A stretch of 51,838 bases of DNA from an uncultured Burkholderiales bacterium (GCA_964570955.1 CAZNBS010000002.1:1-51838), one strand, 5' to 3'. Counted from the first letter of the stretch, positions 20,444-30,109 are shown. The notes: generated by a model from the sequence alone, not told the origin. Numbers and translations are program-made.

Positions 20444-21670
20444 ATGCGGATTCTTCACGTGCTCGACCACTCCCTGCCGCTGCACAGCGGCTACGCGTTT
20501 CGGACGGCTGCCATCTTGCATGAGCAGCGCGCGCTCGGCTGGGAGACGATCCAGCTCACCACTCCGCGGCATGGACAAACTCGGGACGAACACGAGGAAG
20601 CGGGCGGCTGGCTGTTCCATCGCACCCCATTCCGCCGGGGGCCGCTGTCGACTCTGCCTGGTGGACGCTATGTCGACGAAATGCGTGCAACGGCTGGAAG
20701 AATCGCCGCATTGGTGCTCGAGCGCAGGCCGGACGTGATTCACGCGCATTCGCCGGTCCTGAATGCGTTGCCGGCGCTCTGGGTGGGATCACGTCTGGGC
20801 GTTCCCGTCGTCTACGAGGTGCGGGCGCTGTGGGAGGACGCCGCGGTAGACCACGAGAGCACCACCGAAGGCAGCTTCCGCTACCGCCTCTCGCGCGTTC
20901 TCGAAAGCTTCGCACTCCGGCGCGCTGCCAGAGTGACGACTATCTGCGAGGGACTGCGCCAGGAGATCGCCGGACGCGGTATCGGTCACGACAGGATCAC
21001 TGTCATCCCGAATGCGGTGGATCCCACGGCGTTCACGGCAACTGCACGGCCTGATGCCGAACTGCGCCATTCGCTCGGGCTGCACGGCGCGTTGGTCGCC
21101 GGTTTTGTCGGCTCTTTCTACGCTTACGAGGGTCTCGATCTCCTGATCGATGCGGCGGCCATGCTGGCCGACCGGGAACCTGCTCTGCGCGTGCTGCTGG
21201 TCGGAGGCGGCCCGCAAGACTCGGTGTTGCGGGCGCTCGTGAAATCGCGCGGCATGGCCGACCGGGTGGTTTTCACGGGCCGGGTGCCGCACGCGGAAGT
21301 CTCGCGCTATTACGATCTGATCGACGTGCTCGCATACCCCAGGCGCAGCATGCGGCTGACCGAGCTCGTAACGCCGCTTAAGCCGCTCGAGGCGATGGCG
21401 CAGGGACGCATGTTCGTCGCGTCCGATGTCGGCGGGCATAAGGAGCTGGTGCGCGACGGCGAAACAGGATTCCTGTTTCCGGCGGGTGACGCGGCAGCGC
21501 TGGCGCGCGCGCTCGCAGGCGTGTTGGAGCGGCGCGGCGATTGGGAGCGGATCCGCGCTCAAGCGCGACGCTTCGTCGAGTCCGAGCGCACCTGGGCTCA
21601 CAGCGTCGCGCGGTACGCTGCAGTGTACGCGGATCTCACTCCTCCACAACCGGCGCGCGGCTGCGCGTAG
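20444..21670 (+). CDS. GT4 glycosyltransferase (exosortase-A-associated type)
   Basis: 408 aa. MRILHVLDHSLPLHSGYAFRT N-terminus and GT1 C-terminal domain (PLKPLEAMAQGRMFVASDVGGHKELV). Confidence 0.88.
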   Translation: MRILHVLDHSLPLHSGYAFRTAAILHEQRALGWETIQLTTPRHGQTRDEHEEAGGWLFHRTPFRRGPLSTLPGGRYVDEMRATAGRIAALVLERRPDVIHAHSPVLNALPALWVGSRLGVPVVYEVRALWEDAAVDHESTTEGSFRYRLSRVLESFALRRAARVTTICEGLRQEIAGRGIGHDRITVIPNAVDPTAFTATARPDAELRHSLGLHGALVAGFVGSFYAYEGLDLLIDAAAMLADREPALRVLLVGGGPQDSVLRALVKSRGMADRVVFTGRVPHAEVSRYYDLIDVLAYPRRSMRLTELVTPLKPLEAMAQGRMFVASDVGGHKELVRDGETGFLFPAGDAAALARALAGVLERRGDWERIRAQARRFVESERTWAHSVARYAAVYADLTPPQPARGCA

Positions 21671-21689
21671 GCATGATGGACGTTAGGCG

Positions 21690-22652
21690 ATGATAACCCG
21701 CACACTGCTCGGCCTCGCTGCGCCCGCAGGCCGGCGCGGGCGCCTCTCGGTGCTGATATTTCACCGGGTGCTGTCCGTCGCCGATCCGCTCCAGCCGGAC
21801 GAGCCCGACGCGGCGGCGTTCGAATCGCAGATGCGCTGGGTGAAGGCGTCGTTCAATGTCCTGCCGCTCGACGTTGCAGTGGCTGCCTTGCGCGAGGGCA
21901 ACCTGCCTGCGCGGTCGCTCTGCATAACCTTCGACGACGGTTATGCGGATAACCGCTCGATAGCGGTTCCCATTCTGCAGCGCTTGCAGCTGCACTCGAC
22001 GTTCTTCGTCGCTACCGGATTCCTCGACGGCGGCCGCATGTGGAACGACACCGTGATCGAGGCGATCCGACGCGCCGAGCCGGATCGACTGGACTTGTCC
22101 GATCTCGGGCTGGGTACATACGACATCACCTTCATGGCCGGCCGCGTGGCGGCGATCGAGGACGTGATCGGAAAGCTCAAGTACAAGCCACCTTCGCAGC
22201 GCAGTGCACACGCGGATGCGATCGCGGATCGAGTCGGTGCGAACCTGCCCGACGACCTGATGCTGAACTCTGCGCAGGTCTGCGAGATTCGGGACGCCGG
22301 TATGTCCATCGGCGCGCACACCGTCGATCATCCGATCCTCGCATGCTTGAGCGACGCCGCCGCGCGCCGTCAGATCGTCGAGAGCAAGCGCGCGCTCGAG
22401 GAATTGTTGCGCGATCCGGTAGGCCTGTTCGCGTACCCGAACGGCGAGCCCGGGCGCGACTTCACCCGGCGGCACGTCGATATGGTGCGGGAACTCGGCT
22501 TCGACGCGGCAGTAACGACCGCCTGCGGTGCGGCGGTGCCGGGGTGCGACCCACACCAGATTCCTCGATTCACACCATGGGACCGCTCGGAGTTCCGCTT
22601 CAATCTGCGGCTTGCCCGCAACACCCGCGTCGTCGACTATGCGCTCGTCTAG
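21690..22652 (+). CDS. Polysaccharide deacetylase family protein (CE4)
   Basis: 320 aa. NodB motifs CITFDDGYADN, HSTFFVATG, GAHTVDHPIL. Confidence 0.85.
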   Translation: MITRTLLGLAAPAGRRGRLSVLIFHRVLSVADPLQPDEPDAAAFESQMRWVKASFNVLPLDVAVAALREGNLPARSLCITFDDGYADNRSIAVPILQRLQLHSTFFVATGFLDGGRMWNDTVIEAIRRAEPDRLDLSDLGLGTYDITFMAGRVAAIEDVIGKLKYKPPSQRSAHADAIADRVGANLPDDLMLNSAQVCEIRDAGMSIGAHTVDHPILACLSDAAARRQIVESKRALEELLRDPVGLFAYPNGEPGRDFTRRHVDMVRELGFDAAVTTACGAAVPGCDPHQIPRFTPWDRSEFRFNLRLARNTRVVDYALV

Positions 22653-23796
22653 AACGCTTGCAATCGCGCTGGTCGGCCCGCTTCCGCCCCCTTCGGGGGG
22701 AATGGCCAACCAGACGCGGCAGCTCGCCCGACTGCTTGCCGAGGCGGGCTGCCGGGTGGAACTCGTCCAGGTGAATGGTCCATACCGACCCGCGTGCGTG
22801 GGGCGTGTTCCCGGTTTGCGGGCGGTGTTTCGTCTCGTGCCGTACCTGTTCCGAGTGTGGCGGGCCGCGGGAAGGGCCGACCTGCTGCACGTTATGGCGA
22901 ATTCCGGCTGGTCGTGGCACCTGTTCGCCGCGCCGGCGATTTGGGCCGGCGCGCTGCTTCGCACCCCGGTGGTGGTTAATTACCGAGGAGGCGAGGCGCA
23001 GGCATTCCTGCAGCGTTCAGCGAAGTACGTCCTACCGACCATGTCCCGGGCGTCGAAGCTAATCGTACCTTCGGGTTTTCTCCGGCGGATATTCGCCGGG
23101 CACGGGATATGCGCAGAGATCGTACCGAACATCGTCGACCTGACTCGATTCTTTCCAGAGCCTCGCGGTAACCGGAGCCCGCACCTTGTCGTAACGCGTA
23201 ACCTCGAGGAGATCTACGACCTGCCGACGGCGATCCGAGCTTTCACCCGCGTTCGCGCCGTGTCGCCGGCGGCGCGGCTGACCATCGCGGGGACCGGGCC
23301 CTGCCGCACCGCACTCGAGAATCTGTGCGCTCGGCTAGGGGTGGCGGATGCGGTGAGCTTTGCCGGCAGGGTCGAAAACGAAGCGATTCCGGCGCTGTAC
23401 CGATCCGCGGATCTGATGCTCAATCCCTCGACCGTGGACAACATGCCGATATCGCTGCTCGAAGCGATGGCGAGCGGCGTCCCGGTCGTCAGCACCGACG
23501 TGGGCGGTATTCCCGACCTCGTGCGCAACGGCGAGACTGCGCTGTTGGTGCCTGCACGAGACCCGGACGCGATGGCCGCCGCGGCGATCCGCGTCATTTC
23601 GGATCCTGCGCTCGCCAGGTCGCTCGTGGCTGCGGGTCTCGAGCGCGCGCGAGCGTATGCATGGCCGCGCGTCAAGCCCGAGCTCTTCGGCGCCTACGCT
23701 CGCGCGCTTGCCGATTGCGGCCACCGGACAGAAGCGGCTGCCGCCGACCGTATCGCACGACGCCTTGCGCACGAGGGGAAAGACCAGCATGCATGA
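22639..23796 (+). CDS. GT4 glycosyltransferase
   Basis: ATG 22639 (14-nt overlap with the upstream gene) gives MRSSRTLAIALVGPLPPPSGGMANQ. GT1 domain PISLLEAMASGVPVVSTDVGGIPDLV. Confidence 0.85.
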   Translation: MRSSRTLAIALVGPLPPPSGGMANQTRQLARLLAEAGCRVELVQVNGPYRPACVGRVPGLRAVFRLVPYLFRVWRAAGRADLLHVMANSGWSWHLFAAPAIWAGALLRTPVVVNYRGGEAQAFLQRSAKYVLPTMSRASKLIVPSGFLRRIFAGHGICAEIVPNIVDLTRFFPEPRGNRSPHLVVTRNLEEIYDLPTAIRAFTRVRAVSPAARLTIAGTGPCRTALENLCARLGVADAVSFAGRVENEAIPALYRSADLMLNPSTVDNMPISLLEAMASGVPVVSTDVGGIPDLVRNGETALLVPARDPDAMAAAAIRVISDPALARSLVAAGLERARAYAWPRVKPELFGAYARALADCGHRTEAAAADRIARRLAHEGKDQHA

Positions 23797-25204
23797 CATC
23801 TACACCCGGCTAGTCGCGAAGTGCCTGTTTCCTTTCCATGAGCGGCTGAAGGGGCACGATACCGTGCAGCGGCGAAAAGCGCTCGAGGCCAGCCAGTGGT
23901 GGCCAGTTGACCGCTTGGAGAGTCATCGCGTGCTCGGGCTGCGACGGCTGCTCACGCATGCCGGCCAACATGTGCCGTACTATCGACGGTTGTTTGCTAC
24001 CGCCGGCTTCGACCCGGCGAAATTGCAGAAGACGGGCGACATAGAGCGACTGCCCTTCCTGACCAAGGATCTCGTCCGGGCGAATCTCGACGCGCTCAAG
24101 TCATCGCGAGCGGAAAAGCTGCTGAGATTCAACACCGGGGGCTCGAGCGGCGAACCCCTGATTTTCTACGTCGGCACAGAGCGTGTCAGCCACGATGTGG
24201 CGGCCAAGTGGCGCGCGACGCGCTGGTGGGGTGTGGACATAGGCGATCCGGAGATCGTGGTCTGGGGATCGCCGATCGAAATCGGCGCCCAGGACCGGGC
24301 CAGATACGTGCGTGATCGCATCCTGCGCACGCGACTGCTACCAGCCTTCGAGATGTCAGAACGAAACCTCGATCGTTTTGTCGCGCAGATCCGACGCTCG
24401 CGCCCACGGATGCTGTTCGGGTACCCGTCGGCGCTCGCGCACATTGCGGCGCACGCCGAGCGTCGGGGCGAGTCGCTTTCGTCGCTTGGCATCAAGGTCG
24501 CATTCGTCACTTCGGAGCGCCTGTACGATCACCAGCGGCTGCAGATCGAACGGTCCTTCGGGTGTCGGGTGGCGAACGGATATGGCGGCCGTGACGCCGG
24601 ATTCATCGCGCACGAGTGCCCCAGCGGTGGCCTGCATGTAATGGCAGAGGACGTCATCGTCGAGATCGTCGACCCGGACGGACGCGTCGTCGCACCCGGG
24701 GAGGCTGGCGAGATCGCCGTCACCCATCTCGCGACGCGAGATTTTCCGTTCGTGCGGTACCGCACTGGAGACGTTGGATCGATCGAGGCGACGGCGTGTC
24801 CGTGCGGACGCGGCCTGCCGCTGCTCAAGGAAGTCCACGGTCGAAGCACGGATTTTGTCGTCGCGCAGGACGGCACAGTGCTGCACGGGCTGGCCCTGAT
24901 CTACGTACTGCGGGACTTGCCGGGGATACGTCAGTTCAAGATCGTGCAGGAAACGCTCGATTCCGTGCGGGTTGAGCTCATTGCCGAGGGTGCGCTCGAT
25001 AGAAGGATTGTGCACATGATTGAGAGTGGCTTCAGGGCACGACTCGGGCCAACGGTGAACGTGGCGGTCGAGCCGGTGCAGTCGATCGCACCCGAACGCT
25101 CGGGGAAGTTCCGGTACGTCGCGAGCCGTGTGGATCCGAGCGCACGCTCGACGCCGAAGCGCCACGGCCGCGTGCAGCTCGGGGCAAAGGCGACCTGCAA
25201 ATGA
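23789..25204 (+). CDS. Phenylacetate-CoA ligase-like adenylate-forming enzyme (PaaK / CapK / F390-synthetase family)
   Basis: ATG 23789 (ATGCATGA overlap with the upstream stop). Motifs FNTGGSSGEPLIFY, ANGYGGRDAGFIAHEC, VRYRTGDVG, SGKFRYV. Confidence 0.8.
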   Translation: MHDIYTRLVAKCLFPFHERLKGHDTVQRRKALEASQWWPVDRLESHRVLGLRRLLTHAGQHVPYYRRLFATAGFDPAKLQKTGDIERLPFLTKDLVRANLDALKSSRAEKLLRFNTGGSSGEPLIFYVGTERVSHDVAAKWRATRWWGVDIGDPEIVVWGSPIEIGAQDRARYVRDRILRTRLLPAFEMSERNLDRFVAQIRRSRPRMLFGYPSALAHIAAHAERRGESLSSLGIKVAFVTSERLYDHQRLQIERSFGCRVANGYGGRDAGFIAHECPSGGLHVMAEDVIVEIVDPDGRVVAPGEAGEIAVTHLATRDFPFVRYRTGDVGSIEATACPCGRGLPLLKEVHGRSTDFVVAQDGTVLHGLALIYVLRDLPGIRQFKIVQETLDSVRVELIAEGALDRRIVHMIESGFRARLGPTVNVAVEPVQSIAPERSGKFRYVASRVDPSARSTPKRHGRVQLGAKATCK

Positions 25205-26520
25205 GAGACATCATATTCACCTTGATCGTGCTGGGCGTGCTTCCTTTTGCACTTGCGCGTCCGATGGTGGGCGTGCTGCTCTGGGCATGGATAGCCCTGG
25301 CAAGCCCACATCGCCTGACATGGGGTTTCGCAGCCGATCTGCCGTGGGCCATGGTCGCCGCTGTAGCCGCCGTGATCGCCATCACCTTTTCGCGCGAGCC
25401 GAAGCGGCTTCCGCTGGCGGCGCCGGTCATCGTACTGCTGCTGTTCGTTCTTTGGACCACGGTAACGTCGGTCTTCAGCACTTTCCCAAGTGACGCATGG
25501 GACGCTTGGCGTGAGACGGTCAAGACGCAGTTCCTAGTACTCTGCATTCTGGTCGTTGCACAAACGCGCGAGCGCATCAAGGCGGTTGTATGGGTGGTGA
25601 CGCTGGCGCTCGGCTTTTACGGCGTGAAGGGAGGGCTCTACACGCTGGCCCAGGGTGGCGGAGGGATGGTGGTCGGCCCGCCCGCGAGCTACATCGAGGG
25701 TAATACCGAGATCGCGCTCGCGCTCACCATGACGGTCCCGCTCATGTTCTGGCTCAGGCTCCAAACCGAGAATCGCTGGATCCGCCACGCGCTCGCTGCC
25801 GGGATACTGTTAACCGCCCTGGCGATCCTGGGGTCGTACTCGAGAGGGGGGCTGCTTGCGCTGGGTGCGATGGCGGTATACCTCGCTTTGCAGACCCGCC
25901 GCAAGATCTGGTTCGCCTTCTCGCTTGCGCTGATCGTGCCGACGCTACTCGCGGTGATGCCCGCCGACTGGTTCAGCCGCATGCGCACCATAAATTCGTA
26001 CGAGCAGGACGCGTCAGCGCAGGGCCGGATCAACGCTTGGAATTTCGCGATGGACGTGTCAGCGGCGCATCCCGTGGTGGGCGGGGGGTTCCGCACATTC
26101 CAGCCCGAGGCTTATTACCGTTACGCGGGTCGCCTTCCGTCAGAAATGTTCGACGCCCACAGCATCTGGTTCCAGGTTGTGGCGGAGCATGGCTACATCG
26201 GCTTGGGGTTGTATGCCCTGATCTGGGGGCTAAGCTGGCGAACAGCACGACAGATCAGGCGACTCGCGGCGAGACGCAACGACCTGCAGTGGGCCGCGGA
26301 TCTCGCCCGCCTCGCCCTGGCGAGCCTGGTGGGGTTCTGGGTCGGTGGTTCGTTCTTGGGTCTCGCGTACTGGAATTTCCCATATGTGCTGGTGGCTCTG
26401 CTGGTGCTCACGTCTGTCGTAGTCTCGAAAGAAGTCCGCGCTGCTCCTGCCAAGGTACTCGCGCCTTTGTCACCTGGGTTCCTGCCCTCTATGCGGAGCG
26501 GACCACGGAGTCAAGCTTGA
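25201..26520 (+). CDS. O-antigen ligase/polymerase-like polytopic membrane protein (exosortase-A-associated O-glycosylation ligase type)
   Basis: 439 aa, about 10 or more hydrophobic segments. Wzy_C-type motif GSYSRGGLLALG. ATGA overlap with the upstream gene. Confidence 0.85.
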   Translation: MRDIIFTLIVLGVLPFALARPMVGVLLWAWIALASPHRLTWGFAADLPWAMVAAVAAVIAITFSREPKRLPLAAPVIVLLLFVLWTTVTSVFSTFPSDAWDAWRETVKTQFLVLCILVVAQTRERIKAVVWVVTLALGFYGVKGGLYTLAQGGGGMVVGPPASYIEGNTEIALALTMTVPLMFWLRLQTENRWIRHALAAGILLTALAILGSYSRGGLLALGAMAVYLALQTRRKIWFAFSLALIVPTLLAVMPADWFSRMRTINSYEQDASAQGRINAWNFAMDVSAAHPVVGGGFRTFQPEAYYRYAGRLPSEMFDAHSIWFQVVAEHGYIGLGLYALIWGLSWRTARQIRRLAARRNDLQWAADLARLALASLVGFWVGGSFLGLAYWNFPYVLVALLVLTSVVVSKEVRAAPAKVLAPLSPGFLPSMRSGPRSQA

Positions 26521-27566
26521 GGGAACTGCGAGATCGTGGTCGCGCGAGCCGACGGGAAGCGGACCCGCGTGCGCCGCTCGATGTGTTCATCACGGTGGAC
26601 ACGGAGCTTTGGCCGTTCGCGCCGGGTTGGCCGGAGCGGCCATTCGGAGGCTCGAAGAAGGACTTCGCGGCCGAGATCGCGCAGTACATCTACGGCGAGA
26701 CTCCGCAAGGCGAGCTTGGTTTGGGTTTCCAGCTGAAGCTCCTTCGGGAGCACGGCCTGGTCGCGACATACTTCGTCGAATCGCTCTGCAGCCTCGTGCT
26801 GGGAACGGCGGCTCTGGCGGAATGGACGGGGATGATCGTTGCATCGGGGCACGAGGTCGGGCTTCACGCACACACGGAGTGGCTGCGCGAAGCGTCGGTG
26901 CCGGGTGTGACGCCCGGCTTGCGCGAGCACTTGCACGAGTATTCCGTACCCGTACAGCAAGCGATTCTTGGGCTCGCGCTCGAGCGCCTGGTCGCCGCCG
27001 GCGCTCCGCGACCGACGGCATTCCGCGCCGGAAGCTACGGGGCCGGCGTCGCGACGCTGCGAGCCTTGAAGGCCGTCGGCCTGCGCTACGACACGAGCTT
27101 GAACGCCTGCGAGCCGGGCTCGTTCCCGGACCTAGCCGACAAAGTGGCAGTGACTCAACCAGCGGTCATGGAGGGATGCCTCGAGATGCCGGTATCGGTG
27201 TTTCAAGACTACCCTGGACATCTTCGTCCGGCAAACCTGTGCGCGTGCTCGGCGGCCGAGATGCAGAGCGCCCTTCGCGGCGCCCGCGCTCGCGGGTGGG
27301 ACGCGTTCGTGATCGTTCTGCACAGCGGCGAGCTGATCCGGCGCCGCCCCCACGCGCGACAGGCGGCGCCCGCCCGGGTGCTCGTGTCGCGCTTCAGGGC
27401 GCTGTGCGAGTTCCTCGCTCGCCATCCCGACGAGTTCCGAACCCGTACGTTCGGCGGCCTCTTGCCGCGCCGAGGCTCGGGCCGCCAGTGCTATCAACGG
27501 CCGACTTCTGCGCTGCATCGGACGGCGTGGCGATTCATCGAGCAGATTGCCTCGCGCGTCGTCTGA
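26517..27566 (+). CDS. Polysaccharide deacetylase-like / hypothetical carbohydrate esterase
   Basis: No in-frame ATG near the 5' end. TTG 26517 overlaps the upstream TGA (TTGA). DVFITVDTELW, HGLVATYFVE, GHEVGLHAHTEW resemble CE4-like metal and catalytic motifs. The start is uncertain. Confidence 0.6.
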   Translation: MRELRDRGRASRREADPRAPLDVFITVDTELWPFAPGWPERPFGGSKKDFAAEIAQYIYGETPQGELGLGFQLKLLREHGLVATYFVESLCSLVLGTAALAEWTGMIVASGHEVGLHAHTEWLREASVPGVTPGLREHLHEYSVPVQQAILGLALERLVAAGAPRPTAFRAGSYGAGVATLRALKAVGLRYDTSLNACEPGSFPDLADKVAVTQPAVMEGCLEMPVSVFQDYPGHLRPANLCACSAAEMQSALRGARARGWDAFVIVLHSGELIRRRPHARQAAPARVLVSRFRALCEFLARHPDEFRTRTFGGLLPRRGSGRQCYQRPTSALHRTAWRFIEQIASRVV

Positions 27567-27634
27567 CGATCATGGTACGAACGAACACCATGGACAGCGG
27601 TTCTCGGCTCGAGAGCGTTCGACGCTTCAGCGCG

Positions 27635-28423
27635 TCAGCCAGGGCCTGGTCGCTCGCCGTGAAGAATGAATCCGTGGCAACTGAGGGCCCCGAGCAGCGG
27701 CACGCGCCTGAGCGCCCAGCCGACAAGCGGCGTTTCGGCGAGTCGCTGGAGCTTGGGCCACCGCGCCGGAACGATTGGCATCCAGTGGCGGACAATTCGC
27801 ACGAACCCAGCCGCGGAGAGCTCTGCCTTCAGCTTCGCGGCAGACTCGTAGCGCAGGTGCTGCGGCCTGCCGCTGAACCTGCGGCGCAGGATCTCGTATG
27901 CGTTTACCACGCAGGTGCGATTGAGGGCGTCTACCCAGATCTCACCACCTGGCCGGACGAGGCCGCCGAGCTCGCGCAATGCAGGGGTGGCATCCGCGAG
28001 CGCCTGCATGACACCGAAACAGACGACTCCGTCGAAAGTTTCGGGCCTGAAGGGAAGCCGCCGCACATCGGCCGCGGCGTAACTTACGTCGACCGGGCTT
28101 CGAGCTCGTGCCTTTACAAGGCTCGGAACGGAGTAATCGATTCCCGTTACACAAAGCCCTTTCTCGAGCAGAAGCCGGGTATAGGTGCCGGCACCGCAGC
28201 CTGCATCGAGCCACCGCTCAGCGGGTTGCTGCGGACCGAGCAGGCGAGCGAACCGCCGCAACCGCGCATCCAGACCGGATGCACTCCACCCCGCGATGCC
28301 GGCGTCGTCGTCGCGCTGCTCTGCAAACGCCTGGAATCGCCGTCTCCACTGGTCCTCGAAAGACCGTCCGGGTCCGCTAGGGCCGGCGCGGTTCGTGGCT
28401 TCGGTCCGACGGTTCACCGGCAC
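27635..28423 (-). CDS. Class I SAM-dependent methyltransferase
   Basis: Motif I WLDAGCGAGTY, acidic loop GIDYS, ADVRRLPF, FDGVVCFGVMQAL, LVRPGGEIWV. It is the only minus-strand gene between 6.9 and 35.2 kb. Start tentatively GTG 28423 (GTG 28417 is also possible). The upstream part of the 512-aa ORF is Arg-rich and looks non-coding. Confidence 0.8.
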   Translation of the reverse strand: MPVNRRTEATNRAGPSGPGRSFEDQWRRRFQAFAEQRDDDAGIAGWSASGLDARLRRFARLLGPQQPAERWLDAGCGAGTYTRLLLEKGLCVTGIDYSVPSLVKARARSPVDVSYAAADVRRLPFRPETFDGVVCFGVMQALADATPALRELGGLVRPGGEIWVDALNRTCVVNAYEILRRRFSGRPQHLRYESAAKLKAELSAAGFVRIVRHWMPIVPARWPKLQRLAETPLVGWALRRVPLLGALSCHGFILHGERPGPG

Positions 28424-28634
28424 GACGCCCGACTGCCCGAGCGAGGTACGCCGCCGGTAGCCTCCGCTCGACTGCTCGACCGGTCGAATGACGCGAATGC
28501 AGATGCGGCGCACGGGAGCATTGCATGAGAGATCGTACGAGAAACGCGGTGAGTTGGAAAGTGGAGAAGGCGATGCATGGCGAAAGGCGCAGCGACCGCG
28601 ACCTTGTTCCAATCGGCGCGGGAGATCAGCGCGC

Positions 28635-29885
28635 ATGACCTTCGCGCTGCGAGGCTCGACGCGCGCGAGCGAGAGCACGACAGTGGCGCGCTCGGGCAGA
28701 CCGGCTATCGCGCGAGTGAGCGTGCGCTCCGACGTCCGCGTGGTCACAGCCGAATCCGAGTTTCTAGCGCTTGGGTCCGAGTGGAACGAGCTAGTCGGGA
28801 ACAGCAGACGACCCTCGGTGTTCCTGCGCCACGAGTGGTTTGAAGCGGTGTGGCAGTGGCAAAAATGCGACTCCTCACCCTTCGTCCTGCTCTGGCTGCG
28901 GGACGGCGCACTCGCGGCCGTGCTGCCTCTCGCGATACGGGCCGATGGCTTGCGGAGCGGTGCGGTCCGATCGCTCGAGTTTCTGATGGCCCCCGATTCA
29001 CAGCTTTGTGACGTGATTACCCGCGCCGGCGACGAGAGCGCTGCCGCGAGCGCCTTTGTCGACGCGCTCGTCGAGCATAGGCGTGCCTGGGACGTGTTTC
29101 GCGTCCGCGGAGTACCTCGTGGCGGCGCGGCCGCGGCGCTCGTGGACGCATTTCGCCAACGCGGGTTCGTCACGGACGCACTGGAACCGGACCGGAACCT
29201 CTACATCCCGTTGGGCGGCGGCTGGGAAGACTATTACAAGAACCGAAGCCGAAGCCTCAAGAAGGCAAACAATCTCGCCGTGAACCGCCTGCAGAGGGCC
29301 GGCGAAGTGTCCGTCGAGTGGCTCGCGCCGGGTGCACGAACGCCACCGTCCGATCTGGATCGGACAATAGCGACGGTGATCGACATCTCCGCGCGCAGCT
29401 GGAAGGGCAACATCGCGACCGGTCTCGACAAGCCGGGACCACAGGCGTTCATCCGTCGCCTCTCGGAGCGCGCGAACGACCAGGGCTGGCTATCCGTGTG
29501 GACGGTGCGCCTCAACGGCAGGCCGGTCGCAATGGAATATCAGCTCGTTGCGGACGGCAACGTCTATGCGTTGCGCGGCGACTTCGATGCGGCCTGCGAC
29601 ACGATTTCGCCCGGCTCCTATCTCAGCCGCCAGCTGCTGGAAAGGCTGTTCGGTCAAGGACTTCGGCGTTACTTCCTGGGTCCAGGCGAGAACGAGTACA
29701 AGCTGCGCTGGACGGACCAAGCGGAGCTGTTGGACGACCAGCGGATCTACGGGCGCACGATGCGCGGCCATTGGCTTGCGCTCTGGCGGCGCTGCTTGAA
29801 GCCGTGCCTGCGCGCTGTTCGCGACGGGATTACGCGCCACAAGAACCCGCCCGTGCTTGCGAAACCAGACCAGGAGGATGCATGA
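28635..29885 (+). CDS. FemAB/BioF2(CelD)-like GNAT-fold protein (Acetyltransf_6-type)
   Basis: ATG 28635 gives MTFALRG.... LRHEWFEAVWQW, YYKNRSRSLKKANNLAVNRL, ISPGSYLSRQLLERLF, ENEYKLRWT: the typical CelD/BioF2-like pattern. Confidence 0.8.
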   Translation: MTFALRGSTRASESTTVARSGRPAIARVSVRSDVRVVTAESEFLALGSEWNELVGNSRRPSVFLRHEWFEAVWQWQKCDSSPFVLLWLRDGALAAVLPLAIRADGLRSGAVRSLEFLMAPDSQLCDVITRAGDESAAASAFVDALVEHRRAWDVFRVRGVPRGGAAAALVDAFRQRGFVTDALEPDRNLYIPLGGGWEDYYKNRSRSLKKANNLAVNRLQRAGEVSVEWLAPGARTPPSDLDRTIATVIDISARSWKGNIATGLDKPGPQAFIRRLSERANDQGWLSVWTVRLNGRPVAMEYQLVADGNVYALRGDFDAACDTISPGSYLSRQLLERLFGQGLRRYFLGPGENEYKLRWTDQAELLDDQRIYGRTMRGHWLALWRRCLKPCLRAVRDGITRHKNPPVLAKPDQEDA

Positions 29886-30109
29886 GTCCGTCGCGGCCGA
29901 TCTTGCGGCTTCGCTCGACCGCGGGCGCCGCGTACACGTCCTCGGATACGGGCGTACCGGAGTTGTTATGGTCGGCGTGTTGCGCGGCCGGCCGCGCGCC
30001 TGCTGTCCCACCGACGGCGGGTTTTCCAGGCACTTCTCGGCTTGCCGCACGCTCCAATGCGGCACCTGTCCCACGCCGAATTCTCAACGAGCAGCGGAGG
30101 TCATTTTCC

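Noticed and set aside
26609-28528. 639-aa plus-strand ORF across the deacetylase-like and methyltransferase genes
   Set aside because: The composition is Arg/Pro/Ala-rich with no motifs. It is off-frame to 26517..27566 and antisense to a methyltransferase with clear SAM-binding motifs.
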